A stretch of DNA of 64,000 bases from an uncultured delta proteobacterium (GCA_963785235.1 CAWAUM010000002.1:64001-128000); one strand, 5' to 3'; shown: positions 40,132 through 49,890, numbered from the stretch's first letter. Numbers and translations: made by a program. The notes: generated by a model from the letters alone, not told the origin.

Positions 40132-40683
40132 CTATCCTCCTTTAATTCCCAGGGGGCTTCTATGGAGAACGTTATACTGAGCGCCGCTGGGCAACAATAC
40201 ACTTTGATACAACAAGACCTGTGATACCTTGAACAATCCACCCACTGGATTGATAGCAAGATCTACCATAGTCGGCGCCTTTAGTCTACCAAGGGTGATA
40301 TGTCCGGAAAAGGGCCTTCTTTCCCCTGCAACGCCATAGGTGATACATGTCTTATCTATATGAACGGCTAGTGCAGAAAGTTCATGCATGTCCCCTTCAA
40401 GCCCCACCCATACAACCCTGGGTCGCCTTACATTGGGGAAAGCCCCGAAGCCCGCAAGCCTGAGTGTAAGGGACGGACACAGCACCGCTGTCTTGTCGAG
40501 GTCGGCACAAAGAGGGACAACTGCCTCTTCAGGAATATCGCCCAGGAACTTGAGCGTTATGTGGAGTCCCTCGGGTTTCACCCATCTCACCGCACGGTTC
40601 TTCGCTTTTAGCTCACTCATTGCAGAGACGATAACAGCCTTGACTTCTTCAGGAATGGTCAGTGCGATGAATGTCCTGATCAT
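40132..40683 (-). CDS. thpR: RNA 2',3'-cyclic phosphodiesterase
   Basis: RTFIAL and two HxT motifs ([14 protein letters not shown]). Confidence 0.92.
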   Translation of the reverse strand: MIRTFIALTIPEEVKAVIVSAMSELKAKNRAVRWVKPEGLHITLKFLGDIPEEAVVPLCADLDKTAVLCPSLTLRLAGFGAFPNVRRPRVVWVGLEGDMHELSALAVHIDKTCITYGVAGERRPFSGHITLGRLKAPTMVDLAINPVGGLFKVSQVLLYQSVLLPSGAQYNVLHRSPLGIKGG

Positions 40684-41752
40684 GGATATGATTTCTTAGC
40701 ATAAATAACGCGGCCTTGGCACTGATCATCTTATTCCCTTCACGGTCAAAGGAAAAGCGCATCATCCTCGCCTCATGAAGATTCTCTGTGCCCACACAGA
40801 TCCACACCGTGCCCACGGGCTTTTCGTCGCTGCCGCCGTCCGGGCCCGCAATGCCCGTGGCAGCCACGCCCACATCCGCACCGGTAAGCCTGAGCACTCC
40901 GGTGAGCATGGCGTGAGCCACCTGTTCGCTCACCGCGCCAAATTGATCGATATCTTTTCGACTGACCCCGAGGATGTTTGCCTTGATTTCGTTGCTGTAA
41001 GACACGATAGAACCGAGGAAATACTCCGAGCTGCCCGGCACCTGGGTAATGAGATGAGAGATGAGCCCGCCGGTGCACGATTCGGCCGCAGCGCAGGTCA
41101 GCCCTTTTGCTTTCAATAATTCACCAAAGGTACGCGCAAGGCCTTTCCCCTCCAGGGCATGCCTGCCCAGGATAGAGCGTATCCGTGCCTGTTGGTCGGC
41201 GGGCGCCACCAGGGCGATCTCCATTTCTCTCGGCAGATAGCCGCACTTTTCGGCCAATGGCCCGATGCGTTCGGCGATCTGTACCTCACGCAAACCGAAG
41301 ACCGGGATTTCGACAATAGCCGGGATCTCTCCCCCAATACCTTCAAGAACAAGGGGGAGCATGGCATGGGATTCTCTTGGCACACCAGGTAGAAAAACTA
41401 CCCGGCAGTTCTCGAACCAGAGGTCTATACCCGCAGCAGAGCCTACGGGGTTTTCTATTAGTGCTTCAGTAGAAGGAGGTCTGCGATCTTTCAACGTGGC
41501 TACAGCGAGGCTGGTCGTATCGTCAGGGGTCAACCCCAGCCCCCCGGTGACAATGATCAAATCAGACTTGTCGATGAGCTCAAGAATGGTTGAACAGAGC
41601 GTCTCCGGGGCATCCGAGATCATTCTCACCTCGGCAACCGTGATCCCCTTTGCTGTGAGTTGTGCTGCAAATGGCTGCACCAGGGCATCAACTCGCCTTC
41701 CCGTGATGATCTCGCTGCCCGTGATGACCAGCGCTGCCTTCACGAAAGCCAC
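40649..41752 (-). CDS. cinA: CinA-like protein (Moco-binding-like domain plus NMN deamidase PncC domain)
   Basis: GSEI..G, TGGLGLTPDD, LPGVPRE, AESCTGG, YSNEIK, TGIAGPDGG. Confidence 0.9.
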   Translation of the reverse strand: MAFVKAALVITGSEIITGRRVDALVQPFAAQLTAKGITVAEVRMISDAPETLCSTILELIDKSDLIIVTGGLGLTPDDTTSLAVATLKDRRPPSTEALIENPVGSAAGIDLWFENCRVVFLPGVPRESHAMLPLVLEGIGGEIPAIVEIPVFGLREVQIAERIGPLAEKCGYLPREMEIALVAPADQQARIRSILGRHALEGKGLARTFGELLKAKGLTCAAAESCTGGLISHLITQVPGSSEYFLGSIVSYSNEIKANILGVSRKDIDQFGAVSEQVAHAMLTGVLRLTGADVGVAATGIAGPDGGSDEKPVGTVWICVGTENLHEARMMRFSFDREGNKMISAKAALFMLRNHIHDQDIHRTDHS

Positions 41753-42198
41753 CCCTTCCTGCGGACAAGGTGCAGGATAAGGGCGCTTATGACGCCTGCA
41801 GCGATGTCATCAGCCATGATGCCGATTCCGCCTTTTACCTTTCGATCGATGATGCCGACCGGGAACGGCTTGATGATGTCGAAAAACCTGAAGAGCACTG
41901 TACCCAGTGCGATTTCTTTGAAACCTTTGGGCCTTGATATGAGGGTGACAAGCAGCCCGCAGACTTCATCAATGACCACCCGGGAGGGGTCTTTGCCCCA
42001 TTGTCTCTCCATGGCGTCCGACGCTATGACACCAAGTATAATGAGTTTGACGAGTGAAAGGATGTACAGGGGCGCAGGCAGGCACCGAAGGACCAGGTAT
42101 AAAGGCACCGAGGCAAGTGTCGCCGCCGTGCCGGGCGCCTTGGGGAAATAGCCTGTGCCGAAAAAGGTGGCGATGCTCCTGCTGATAATCCCGGGCAT
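41740..42198 (-). CDS. pgpA: Phosphatidylglycerophosphatase A
   Basis: APGT, DPSRVVIDEV, FRFFDIIKP, GIMADD. Confidence 0.94.
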   Translation of the reverse strand: MPGIISRSIATFFGTGYFPKAPGTAATLASVPLYLVLRCLPAPLYILSLVKLIILGVIASDAMERQWGKDPSRVVIDEVCGLLVTLISRPKGFKEIALGTVLFRFFDIIKPFPVGIIDRKVKGGIGIMADDIAAGVISALILHLVRRKGWLS

Positions 42199-42206
42199 AG
42201 CCTGAC

Positions 42207-42560
42207 TCAGCCCGAGTTCTTCATAGTGCCGAGGTCGCTTATCAGTTTCGTCATAGGGCCATGGGTGACAAGTTTATCCATCTCAGAAAGGACCTTGCCG
42301 AATTCATCGACTATTTTCTCGCCTTCCTGGGTAAGGTGTGCGCCAGTCCTTCCGTGTCGGCCCTGCTCCAGTAGCCTTATGCCGAGCCTGGTTTCGTAGT
42401 CCCGCACTTTGCCCCATGCCGCCCGGTAGGACATCTTCAGGCTCTCGGCAGCCTTGTTGAGGGATCCTGTCTGATGAACCAGCATGAGGAGCTGGAATAT
42501 CCCGATACCGAAAACCGACTTTCCCCCGACTTCTATCCAAATCTTATAAGCGAAGTGCAT
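42207..42560 (-). CDS. ModE N-terminal-type winged-helix regulator (no molybdate-binding domains)
   Basis: KIWIE...FG.G...LL....TGSLNKAA..LKMSYRAAW...GAHLT. Confidence 0.85.
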   Translation of the reverse strand: MHFAYKIWIEVGGKSVFGIGIFQLLMLVHQTGSLNKAAESLKMSYRAAWGKVRDYETRLGIRLLEQGRHGRTGAHLTQEGEKIVDEFGKVLSEMDKLVTHGPMTKLISDLGTMKNSG

Positions 42561-42682
42561 ATAAGTATAGATACCACGAAGCCTGCCGTCTTTCAAGGGC
42601 AGCGAACTGTTGATATAGGTTGATATCTCCATATCAAATGCGTTATGGAATATTTTCAATACTATATATCGCGGAGCCTTCC

Positions 42683-43975
42683 ATGAGTGTGTGTTTGATA
42701 ACAGCGTTTTCCCGGCACGTGGGCGAGACGGTTACCATCAGGGGATGGGTGGCCAATCGCAGGTCCAGCGGCAAGGTTTCTTTTCTGATCATACGTGATG
42801 GCTCAGGCATCTGCCAGGCCATTGCCGAGAAAGAGGCCATGGGCGATTTCTACGAGGAAATCAGAAAGCTGCCCATTGAATCCTCAGTGATCGTCACGGG
42901 TAAGGTGGTTGAAGAGGCCAGGTCGCCAGGCGGCTATGAAATGCATGTTTCGGGCATGAACATCCTCCAGATGTCAGAGGAGTTCCCCATCGGCAAAAAA
43001 GAGCACGGTCCAGACTTCCTTCTGGGCATCCGCCATTTATGGCTGCGTACGCCCAGGCAGGTCGCCATCTTGAGGGTTCGCGACACGCTTGTCAGGTATG
43101 TGAGGGAGTTCTTCTACAAGAACGACTTCACCCTCATCGACACCCCCATCTTCACCACTACCGTGGGCGAAGACTCATCCAACCTCTTCTCCGTGGACTA
43201 TTTCGACCTGGGCAAGACCTACCTGTCCCAGACGGGCCAGCTCTACCTGGAGGCAGCAATCTTCGGGCTCGGCAAGGTCTACTGCCTTGGGCCCACCTTC
43301 AGGGCCGAGCGCTCAAAGACCAGGCGGCACCTCACCGAGTTCTGGATGGTGGAGGGCGAGATGGCCTTTTTCGATCACAAGGACAACCTGGAGCTCCAGG
43401 AGAACTTTGTCTCTTACATCGTTCAGAACACGATCCGGGATATGGCTGATGAGTTGAAAAAGCTCGAACGTGACATCGAGCCCCTGAAGAAGGTTGTACC
43501 GCCGTTTTACCGGGTGAGCTACGACGAGGCCATCGAAATCCTGCGCAAGCATGGATCGGATATTGAATGGGGCTCCGACCTGGGTGGGGATGACGAGACC
43601 ATTATCACCCAGCTCTTTGACAAGCCCGTGTTCATCGAGTGTTATCCCAAAAAGGTCAAGGCCTTCTACATGAAGCAGCATCCGGAGAAACCCGAACTGG
43701 TCATGTGCGCCGACCTGCTCGCACCGGAAGGGTACGGCGAGATCATCGGCGGGTCGCAGCGGGAAGAGGACCCCGAGGTCCTCATGAAGTCGATCCTTGA
43801 CAATGGCCTGGACCCGGAGCGCTACGGGTGGTACTTCGACCTCAGGAAGTACGGCAGCGTGCCGCATTCGGGATTCGGCCTGGGTATTGAACGCACCCTG
43901 TCATGGATATGCGGGCTCAAACATGTTCGCGAAACCATCCCCTTCCCGAGGATGATGTACAGGGCATATCCGTAA
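42683..43975 (+). CDS. asnS: Asparagine--tRNA ligase
   Basis: RHLWLR, LSQTGQLYLEA, FRAERSKTRRHLTEFWM, GEIIGGSQRE, PHSGFGLGIER. Confidence 0.95.
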   Translation: MSVCLITAFSRHVGETVTIRGWVANRRSSGKVSFLIIRDGSGICQAIAEKEAMGDFYEEIRKLPIESSVIVTGKVVEEARSPGGYEMHVSGMNILQMSEEFPIGKKEHGPDFLLGIRHLWLRTPRQVAILRVRDTLVRYVREFFYKNDFTLIDTPIFTTTVGEDSSNLFSVDYFDLGKTYLSQTGQLYLEAAIFGLGKVYCLGPTFRAERSKTRRHLTEFWMVEGEMAFFDHKDNLELQENFVSYIVQNTIRDMADELKKLERDIEPLKKVVPPFYRVSYDEAIEILRKHGSDIEWGSDLGGDDETIITQLFDKPVFIECYPKKVKAFYMKQHPEKPELVMCADLLAPEGYGEIIGGSQREEDPEVLMKSILDNGLDPERYGWYFDLRKYGSVPHSGFGLGIERTLSWICGLKHVRETIPFPRMMYRAYP

Positions 43976-44049
43976 TGCCCTTGAAAAAGACAAAAACCAC
44001 CTCTACCTGGGATAGGGTGATTTTTGTGATAATGAATGAGTAGAAAGAC

Positions 44050-44124
44050 TGGAGCGGGAAACGGGATTCGAACCCGCGACTTTAACCTTGGCAAGGTTAC
44101 ACTCTACCACTGAGTTATTCCCGC
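44050..44124 (-). tRNA. tRNA-Gly (anticodon GCC)
   Basis: Minus strand GCGGGAATAACTCAGTGGTAGAGTG-TAACCTTGCCAAGGTTA-...GGTTCGAATCCC...TTCCCGCTCCA forms a cloverleaf with encoded CCA. Confidence 0.97.
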
Positions 44125-44134
44125 GACATCGCCA

Positions 44135-44163
44135 CTTATATGCAAGAGGGTTTTGTTTGTCAA
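44135..44163 (-). promoter_or_regulatory. sigma70 promoter of tRNA-Gly
   Basis: TTGACA-17 nt-TATAAG on the minus strand just upstream of the tRNA. Confidence 0.65.
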
Positions 44164-44323
44164 GGCTCAATTCCCCAGCAACGGCCTGCTATTTTCAACC
44201 CTGACTGCCAAGATCTCCATTGACAAAATCCTTTGTGACCTTACTAAGTAGTACTAGGGAATATTGCTCCCTAGGGGGGATCGATTCAATCCTGGCAGTA
44301 GTGTAGAGGATTTGAGGTGGACT

Positions 44324-45238
44324 ATGGATGAAAAACAATCGAACGCCAATGCCTCCATGGAATTTTTCCAGCCTTTGATGGCAATGGTGAACCAGTTATT
44401 TTCCGGGCTGCCTGGAACGATGTCCGGCCAAAAAATGAACGAGCCCGAGGCCAAGCCCGAAGGCTACTCCAGGTTTTCACCCGAGGCCCTGCTCTCCATT
44501 TTCAAGACCTGGGGCACCCTGTCTTCTGCCATGAGTGAGCCTTCCGCTGCCGGCGCCATGGCGAGCGGATTTGCTACGCTGCCGGACATCATGGCAAAAT
44601 TCTTCCAGACAGGCATGGCAGGCTTTCTGAAGATCCATGAACAGACCTCAGGCAAACTCAAGGACCTTGGAAAACGCACCGAGGCATATAGGTTTGAAAA
44701 TCTCGACCAGGACAGCATCAAGGTATGGTCCGACTTCTATGACAAGGAGGTCCGCCAGTACCTCAAGGTACCCCAGCTCGGGCTGGTACGCTTCTACCAG
44801 GAGAGGTTTTACCAGACCATTGACAAGTTCAATGTCTTTTCCACCGCCTTTGCCGAATTCATGCATGTCCTCATGCTGCCCATGGAGAAGTCATTCATGG
44901 TTTTGCATGACAAGATCGAGGAACAGATCCGGGAAGGCAAAACCCCTGAAGACCCCCACGAGTACTACCGATTATGGGTGAAGATCCTCGAAGGCCATTA
45001 CATGACCCTGTTCAAAACTTCCGAGTACACAAAGACGCTTAACAATACCTTGAGCTCCTATGAGGACTACCTGAGCGCCCGCAACCAGATCGTTACGGAT
45101 ACCCTGCAATCACTTCCCATACCCACGAACAAGGACCTCGACGACCTGTATGATGAACTCTATCACCTCAAGAAACGGGTGAAAGACCTGGAAAAGGTGA
45201 ACAAGGACCTCAAGAAGTCAACTGCATCCGGAGGCTAA
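44324..45238 (+). CDS. phaE: Class III PHA synthase subunit PhaE
   Basis: PQLGLVR..QE, YRLWVKILE..Y, LPIPTNKDLDDLYDELYHLKKRVK. Directly upstream of phaC. Confidence 0.88.
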   Translation: MDEKQSNANASMEFFQPLMAMVNQLFSGLPGTMSGQKMNEPEAKPEGYSRFSPEALLSIFKTWGTLSSAMSEPSAAGAMASGFATLPDIMAKFFQTGMAGFLKIHEQTSGKLKDLGKRTEAYRFENLDQDSIKVWSDFYDKEVRQYLKVPQLGLVRFYQERFYQTIDKFNVFSTAFAEFMHVLMLPMEKSFMVLHDKIEEQIREGKTPEDPHEYYRLWVKILEGHYMTLFKTSEYTKTLNNTLSSYEDYLSARNQIVTDTLQSLPIPTNKDLDDLYDELYHLKKRVKDLEKVNKDLKKSTASGG

Positions 45239-45241
45239 ACT

Positions 45242-46450
45242 ATGGAGGAAAAACCAAAGATCCCCGTTGATGTAATCCTGAAGCACCTTGCAGAAGATGC
45301 GGACAAGGCCCAGGACCGTGCCCAGAAGGCCTCCGAGGTGCTGCTGGGGCCACTGGAAACAGGAATAGCCACCACACCGTACGAGGTTATCTACCAACAG
45401 GACCGCGTCAAGCTGAAGCATTACCTGCCCATGCGCGAGCCGGCCAAAGGGATCACCACCCCGCTGCTGATAGTCTATGCCCTCATAAACCGCGAGACCA
45501 TGCTCGATCTCCAGCCTGAGCGCAGCGTGGTGAAGAACTTTCTTCAGGCCGGCATCGACCTGTACATGATCGACTGGGGATATCCCTCCAGGAAAGATAA
45601 GTTCCTTACCATAGACGACCACGTGAACGGTTATATGGATGACATTGTGGACCACATAAGGGATCGGTGCAAGGTGGACAAGGTTAATCTCATGGGCATC
45701 TGCATGGGCGGTACCTTTTGCGTAATCTACTCGGCCCTTCACCCCGAGAAGGTCAGAAACCTTGTGACCACGGTATCACCTACCAACTTTGACACCGACC
45801 AGGGGCTGCTGCACATCTGGATGAAAAACGTGGATGTGGACCTGATGATCAATGCCTTCGGAAACATGCCCGGAGACATCATGAACTTCGGGTTCCTCCT
45901 GCTGAACCCGGCTCGCCTCATGATCGACAAGTATGTGGGTTTTATGGAGAACATGGACGACAAGGTCTTTGTGGAGAACTTCATCCGCATGGAGAAGTGG
46001 ATCTTTGACAGCCCGGATGTGCCGGGAGAAACCTTCCGACAGTTCGTGAAGGACTTCTACCAGAAGAACCTCCTCATACAGAGCAAGCTGGTAGTAGGAG
46101 ACAAGCGCGTAGACCTGAAAAAGATCACCATGCCGCTGCTCAATATCTACGGTCAATACGACCACCTCGTGCCGCCCGGGGCTGCAGACAAGCTTACCGG
46201 CGCAGTGGGGAGCACGGACAAGGAAGACCTCTGCCTTGATACAGGTCACATAGGAATATACGTAAGCTCCAAGACCCAGAGGGAATTTACCCCGAAGATT
46301 GTGCAGTGGCTTACTGACAGGGACACCCCAAAAAAAGAAGTGAAGGTGAAAAAACAACCTGTCCGCAAAACGCCTAAAAAGACCGCAAAAGTCTCATGGA
46401 CAAGCAGGACAAAGAATACCACACGCTCAAAGGAGATAACCAATGTCTGA
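45242..46450 (+). CDS. phaC: Class III poly(R)-hydroxyalkanoate synthase PhaC
   Basis: PLLIVYALINR, LDLQP, IDWGYP, lipase box GICMGG, DHLVPP, TGHIG. Confidence 0.94.
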   Translation: MEEKPKIPVDVILKHLAEDADKAQDRAQKASEVLLGPLETGIATTPYEVIYQQDRVKLKHYLPMREPAKGITTPLLIVYALINRETMLDLQPERSVVKNFLQAGIDLYMIDWGYPSRKDKFLTIDDHVNGYMDDIVDHIRDRCKVDKVNLMGICMGGTFCVIYSALHPEKVRNLVTTVSPTNFDTDQGLLHIWMKNVDVDLMINAFGNMPGDIMNFGFLLLNPARLMIDKYVGFMENMDDKVFVENFIRMEKWIFDSPDVPGETFRQFVKDFYQKNLLIQSKLVVGDKRVDLKKITMPLLNIYGQYDHLVPPGAADKLTGAVGSTDKEDLCLDTGHIGIYVSSKTQREFTPKIVQWLTDRDTPKKEVKVKKQPVRKTPKKTAKVSWTSRTKNTTRSKEITNV

Positions 46451-47495
46451 GAAAAGCGATTACTTCAAGACATTCTGCAAAGTAAGCAGCGCCTTAGGCA
46501 CCACGCTGAAAAAGGAAAAGCTGCTGGACCTCATTGTGCAGAGCGCCATTGACACCATGGCAGGCAAGGCGGCATGCCTCTTCTTCGAAGACGAACAGAA
46601 AGAAAGTGATATCTTTGTCCCCATAGCGCAGAAAGGCCTCACCAAGAGCTATCTCCACGCCGAGCCCAGGGAGGCCAAGCGGGCTTCCGAAGAGATCCTG
46701 AAAAAGGGATATATCGCCATCCACGATGCCACCACAGATCCCAGGGTGAAGACCCACGAGCTCAAAAAAAAGGAAGGGATCGCATCCATCCTGGTAGTAC
46801 CGGTCATTGTAAAGGAGAGGGTAAAGGGCGTGCTCACCCTGTATACCGACAAGCCCCGGATTTTTTCCGAAGACGAGATCCTTTTCCTCACCGCGCTTGC
46901 CGAACAGGGCGGAATGGCCATTGAGCGGGCCCGTCTCGTCATGCAGATTACACGGAACATCCGCATCTTTACCAACATAGCCCAGGGGCTCAACGAGAGT
47001 CTTGATATAAAGATAATCATGGAGCGTCTATCCGTGGATATGGCCAAGGCGCTGGGTGTTAAGGCGGTCTCGGTAAGGCTCATCGATAAAGACAAACAGG
47101 TCCTTGAGCTTGTAGCCAGCCACGGCCTGAGCAAGAAGTACCTGAACAAAGGCCCGGTGAGGATCGAGAAGAGCGTCACCGAGGCGCTCAAGGGCAAAAC
47201 CGTGATTATCACCGACGCCACGAGCAACAAAGAGGTTCAGTACAAGGATGAGAAAAAGAAAGAGGGAATCACGTCCATTCTTACCGTGCCCATCAAGTCC
47301 AAAGAAGAGGTCATCGGTGTCATGAGGTACTATACCGCAGAAGAAAGGGAATTCACGGAGGGTGAGGTCATGCTGGCAGAGGCTGTTGCCGGCTTGGGCG
47401 GCCTTGCCATTCAGAATGCATCCATGTACCTGCTGCTGAAACAGGACATGCAGTGCCTTAAGGATGACATCTGGAGTCACAGGTCGTGGTTCTAG
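46443..47495 (+). CDS. Tandem GAF-GAF protein with no output domain
   Basis: Two internally similar halves (GL.K.YL; KKKEGI.SIL.VP; GVL/M..YT...R.F.E.E; GG.AI). Start overlaps the phaC stop. Confidence 0.88.
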   Translation: MSEKSDYFKTFCKVSSALGTTLKKEKLLDLIVQSAIDTMAGKAACLFFEDEQKESDIFVPIAQKGLTKSYLHAEPREAKRASEEILKKGYIAIHDATTDPRVKTHELKKKEGIASILVVPVIVKERVKGVLTLYTDKPRIFSEDEILFLTALAEQGGMAIERARLVMQITRNIRIFTNIAQGLNESLDIKIIMERLSVDMAKALGVKAVSVRLIDKDKQVLELVASHGLSKKYLNKGPVRIEKSVTEALKGKTVIITDATSNKEVQYKDEKKKEGITSILTVPIKSKEEVIGVMRYYTAEEREFTEGEVMLAEAVAGLGGLAIQNASMYLLLKQDMQCLKDDIWSHRSWF

Positions 47496-47531
47496 GTTGC
47501 AATTAATTACTAATTATAAGGAGGATGACAC

Positions 47532-47951
47532 ATGCTGGGCAGATCTATCAATGAAATGAAGGTCGGTGATTTTGCAGAATTCTCAAAGACCGTCTCCGAA
47601 ACGGACATCTACCTCTTCGCAGGCATTGTGGGCGATTTCAACCCGGCCCACGTGAACGAGGCCTATGCAAAGAACACCTTCTTCAAGACCCGCATCGCCC
47701 ACGGCATGCTCGCCGCAGGCTTTGTGTCAGCTACCATCGGCATGCAGCTGCCCGGCCCGGGCACCATCTACATCAGCCAGGAGCTGAAGTTCTTAGGCCC
47801 GGTGCATATCGGCGATACAGTGACAGCCCACGTTGAGGTCGCAGAGATCAACATGGAAAAAAACCGGGTGAAGCTGAAGACCTGGTGCGTCAACCAGGAC
47901 GGCGTGAAAATTCTGGAAGGCGACGCCATGGCAAGCCCGCCGAAGAAATAA
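47532..47951 (+). CDS. phaJ: MaoC-family (R)-specific enoyl-CoA hydratase
   Basis: FAGIVGDFNPAHVN (hydratase-2 motif), RIAHGML, LPGPGTIY. Confidence 0.85.
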   Translation: MLGRSINEMKVGDFAEFSKTVSETDIYLFAGIVGDFNPAHVNEAYAKNTFFKTRIAHGMLAAGFVSATIGMQLPGPGTIYISQELKFLGPVHIGDTVTAHVEVAEINMEKNRVKLKTWCVNQDGVKILEGDAMASPPKK

Positions 47952-47961
47952 ATCGTTTTGT

Positions 47962-47992
47962 AGAGGCGGGCCTGGTGCCCGCCCCTTTTTTC
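47962..47992 (+). terminator. Intrinsic terminator after the pha cluster
   Basis: GGCGGGC-CTGGT-GCCCGCC followed by a T run. Confidence 0.8.
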
Positions 47993-48001
47993 TCTTGAAA
48001 G

Positions 48002-49015
48002 CTACTTCTTTACCGAATCTACGCTTTTAGCGATCTGGAGTATCCCCATCGGCAACTCTATCCCGAGTTTCTTTGTTGTCTTCAGATCAACAAGGATCGT
48101 GAGATCATCCTGTATGAGAACCGGGAGTGTCTCGGGTTTTACCCCCTGTTTCAAGATCTTCACAGCCTGGGTGCCGGACAGGATTCCGATGGTCTTGAAT
48201 TCAGATCCGACATACAGGACTGCGCCGGAGAACCCGACATGGCAGAAGCAAACTGCCGGGATATTTTTAGGTCCGACAACGGTCAACAATTCTTTGGTGG
48301 GTTCATAGTTTCTCAGCGCATAGTAAGCATCAATGGGTATGCCGAAGGCTTGGACACCCTGGCCTAGCAGTTCTTCCGCAGCAGCAATGGGGCTGTCCGA
48401 TTTCCCCACCTGTTTGCCTATCACCGTAATACCAAGTGCTGCAGCCTTTGCCTTTGCCTCCTTGACAAAGGCGACGGCATTATCATCATCGCTGTGCACG
48501 ATTCCCATCTTTGTGAGCTTTGGGAAGGCCAGCTTCGTTATTTTGAATGCACTTGTGGGATCCAGATACAGCGATGCCCCTGTAAATCCAGGCCCGGACT
48601 TGCTTACCGATGCGCATCCAACAGCCTGAGGCATGGCCACACCGGTGAATACTACCGGGATACCTGCACTGATGAACTTGTCCTTGCTGTACTCTGTTGC
48701 CGGCGTGCTGATGGTCAGTACGAGGTCGGGTTTGGTCTTGATGATATCCGATGCCTCGCTTTTAATGTCCATCAGGATGCCGAGCTTTTTCCAGATGCCG
48801 GCATCGGCATCGGCATCGATAATATGCCTGTTGATGACGAGGTTCTGCCCTTTCACAATGCCGTTTCTCGCAAGTTCCTCCACAAACCCCTCATATGCCC
48901 AATCAAACGGGTTGATCTTGGAAACCTGAAGGACTTCGATACGGTATGTATCTTTTGCAACCACAGGTAGGCTGAACAATACAATGAAAGAAAGGGTGAA
49001 AAGCATCTTTTTCAC
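48002..49015 (-). CDS. ABC-type substrate-binding protein (ABC_sub_bind family), no transporter genes adjacent
   Basis: Signal peptide, KPDLVLTISTPA, IPVVFTGV, QAVKIL..G.KPETLPV, KKLGIELP. Confidence 0.85.
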   Translation of the reverse strand: MKKMLFTLSFIVLFSLPVVAKDTYRIEVLQVSKINPFDWAYEGFVEELARNGIVKGQNLVINRHIIDADADAGIWKKLGILMDIKSEASDIIKTKPDLVLTISTPATEYSKDKFISAGIPVVFTGVAMPQAVGCASVSKSGPGFTGASLYLDPTSAFKITKLAFPKLTKMGIVHSDDDNAVAFVKEAKAKAAALGITVIGKQVGKSDSPIAAAEELLGQGVQAFGIPIDAYYALRNYEPTKELLTVVGPKNIPAVCFCHVGFSGAVLYVGSEFKTIGILSGTQAVKILKQGVKPETLPVLIQDDLTILVDLKTTKKLGIELPMGILQIAKSVDSVKK

Positions 49016-49261
49016 GATAAACCTCCTTTGGTCCCCTGGTTAATGATAGGTATAGGAGCAATCCTTGAACCTAGCAAGGAAGAAATACCCCGAGAGAACT
49101 GGGTATGAAATCGCCTCCTTCATTCGCAGGTTAAAGGTTGCCTGGTCCGTTGCAAGATGAATGAATATTTTTATTGCTATTATCCTGGTATAGCGAAAGA
49201 AACAGGTATACTAATTATTGGGAGCCTGGCTTTATAACCAACGTGAAGGGACACTATTTTT

Positions 49262-49798
49262 ATGCGTAAGAACATCGTTTTCACCCTTACGGGTACTGAC
49301 CGAACAGGGCTTGTGGAGGAGATTACGAAATTACTGCTTGACCTTGGCGGCAATGTGGAAACCAGCCGCATGGCAAGGTTGGGCGGCGAGTTTGCCGTTT
49401 TGATGCTGGTCTCCATACCTGAACCTCAACTGGCCAACCTGGGAAAAAGCACACAGAACCTGAAAAGCCAGGGATTCAAGGTAACAACCAGCAGGACAGA
49501 ACAGACCTACGCTGAGGCCCATGCCGGATGGCTGCCCTACAAAATTGAAGTCCTTGGTGCCGATCACGAAGGCATTATTCATAAGATCGCGCAGACCCTC
49601 TCAAAATGCGGCATCAACATCGAGTCCATGGATACGGTGACCTCCCAGGCGCCGAACAGTGGCGCATCGTTGTTTTCCATGACCGCCCTGGTTGTCGTGC
49701 CGCCCGACCTGCCCGGCCAAAACTGGGAGGCCGCCCTGGAAGAGGTGGGGCATCAGCTGCATGTGGACATCAATGTGTATGCTGCAGCACGGCAATAA
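49262..49798 (+). CDS. GcvR-like double-ACT protein
   Basis: GTDRTGLV, SRMARLGGEFA, GADHEGII. Confidence 0.85.
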   Translation: MRKNIVFTLTGTDRTGLVEEITKLLLDLGGNVETSRMARLGGEFAVLMLVSIPEPQLANLGKSTQNLKSQGFKVTTSRTEQTYAEAHAGWLPYKIEVLGADHEGIIHKIAQTLSKCGINIESMDTVTSQAPNSGASLFSMTALVVVPPDLPGQNWEAALEEVGHQLHVDINVYAAARQ

Positions 49799-49890
49799 GG
49801 TGGACTTTCCCATGTCCATAATTGAAGATGCTGCAAATAAGCACATGATCGGCAGCGCAACGAACCGAAGGTAAGAAAGCCAGGCATCCC

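Noticed and set aside
44050-48000. pha cluster as a tRNA-Gly-anchored genomic island
   Set aside because: There is no integrase and no duplicated tRNA 3' end. The cluster lies on the tRNA 5' side and its composition looks host-like.
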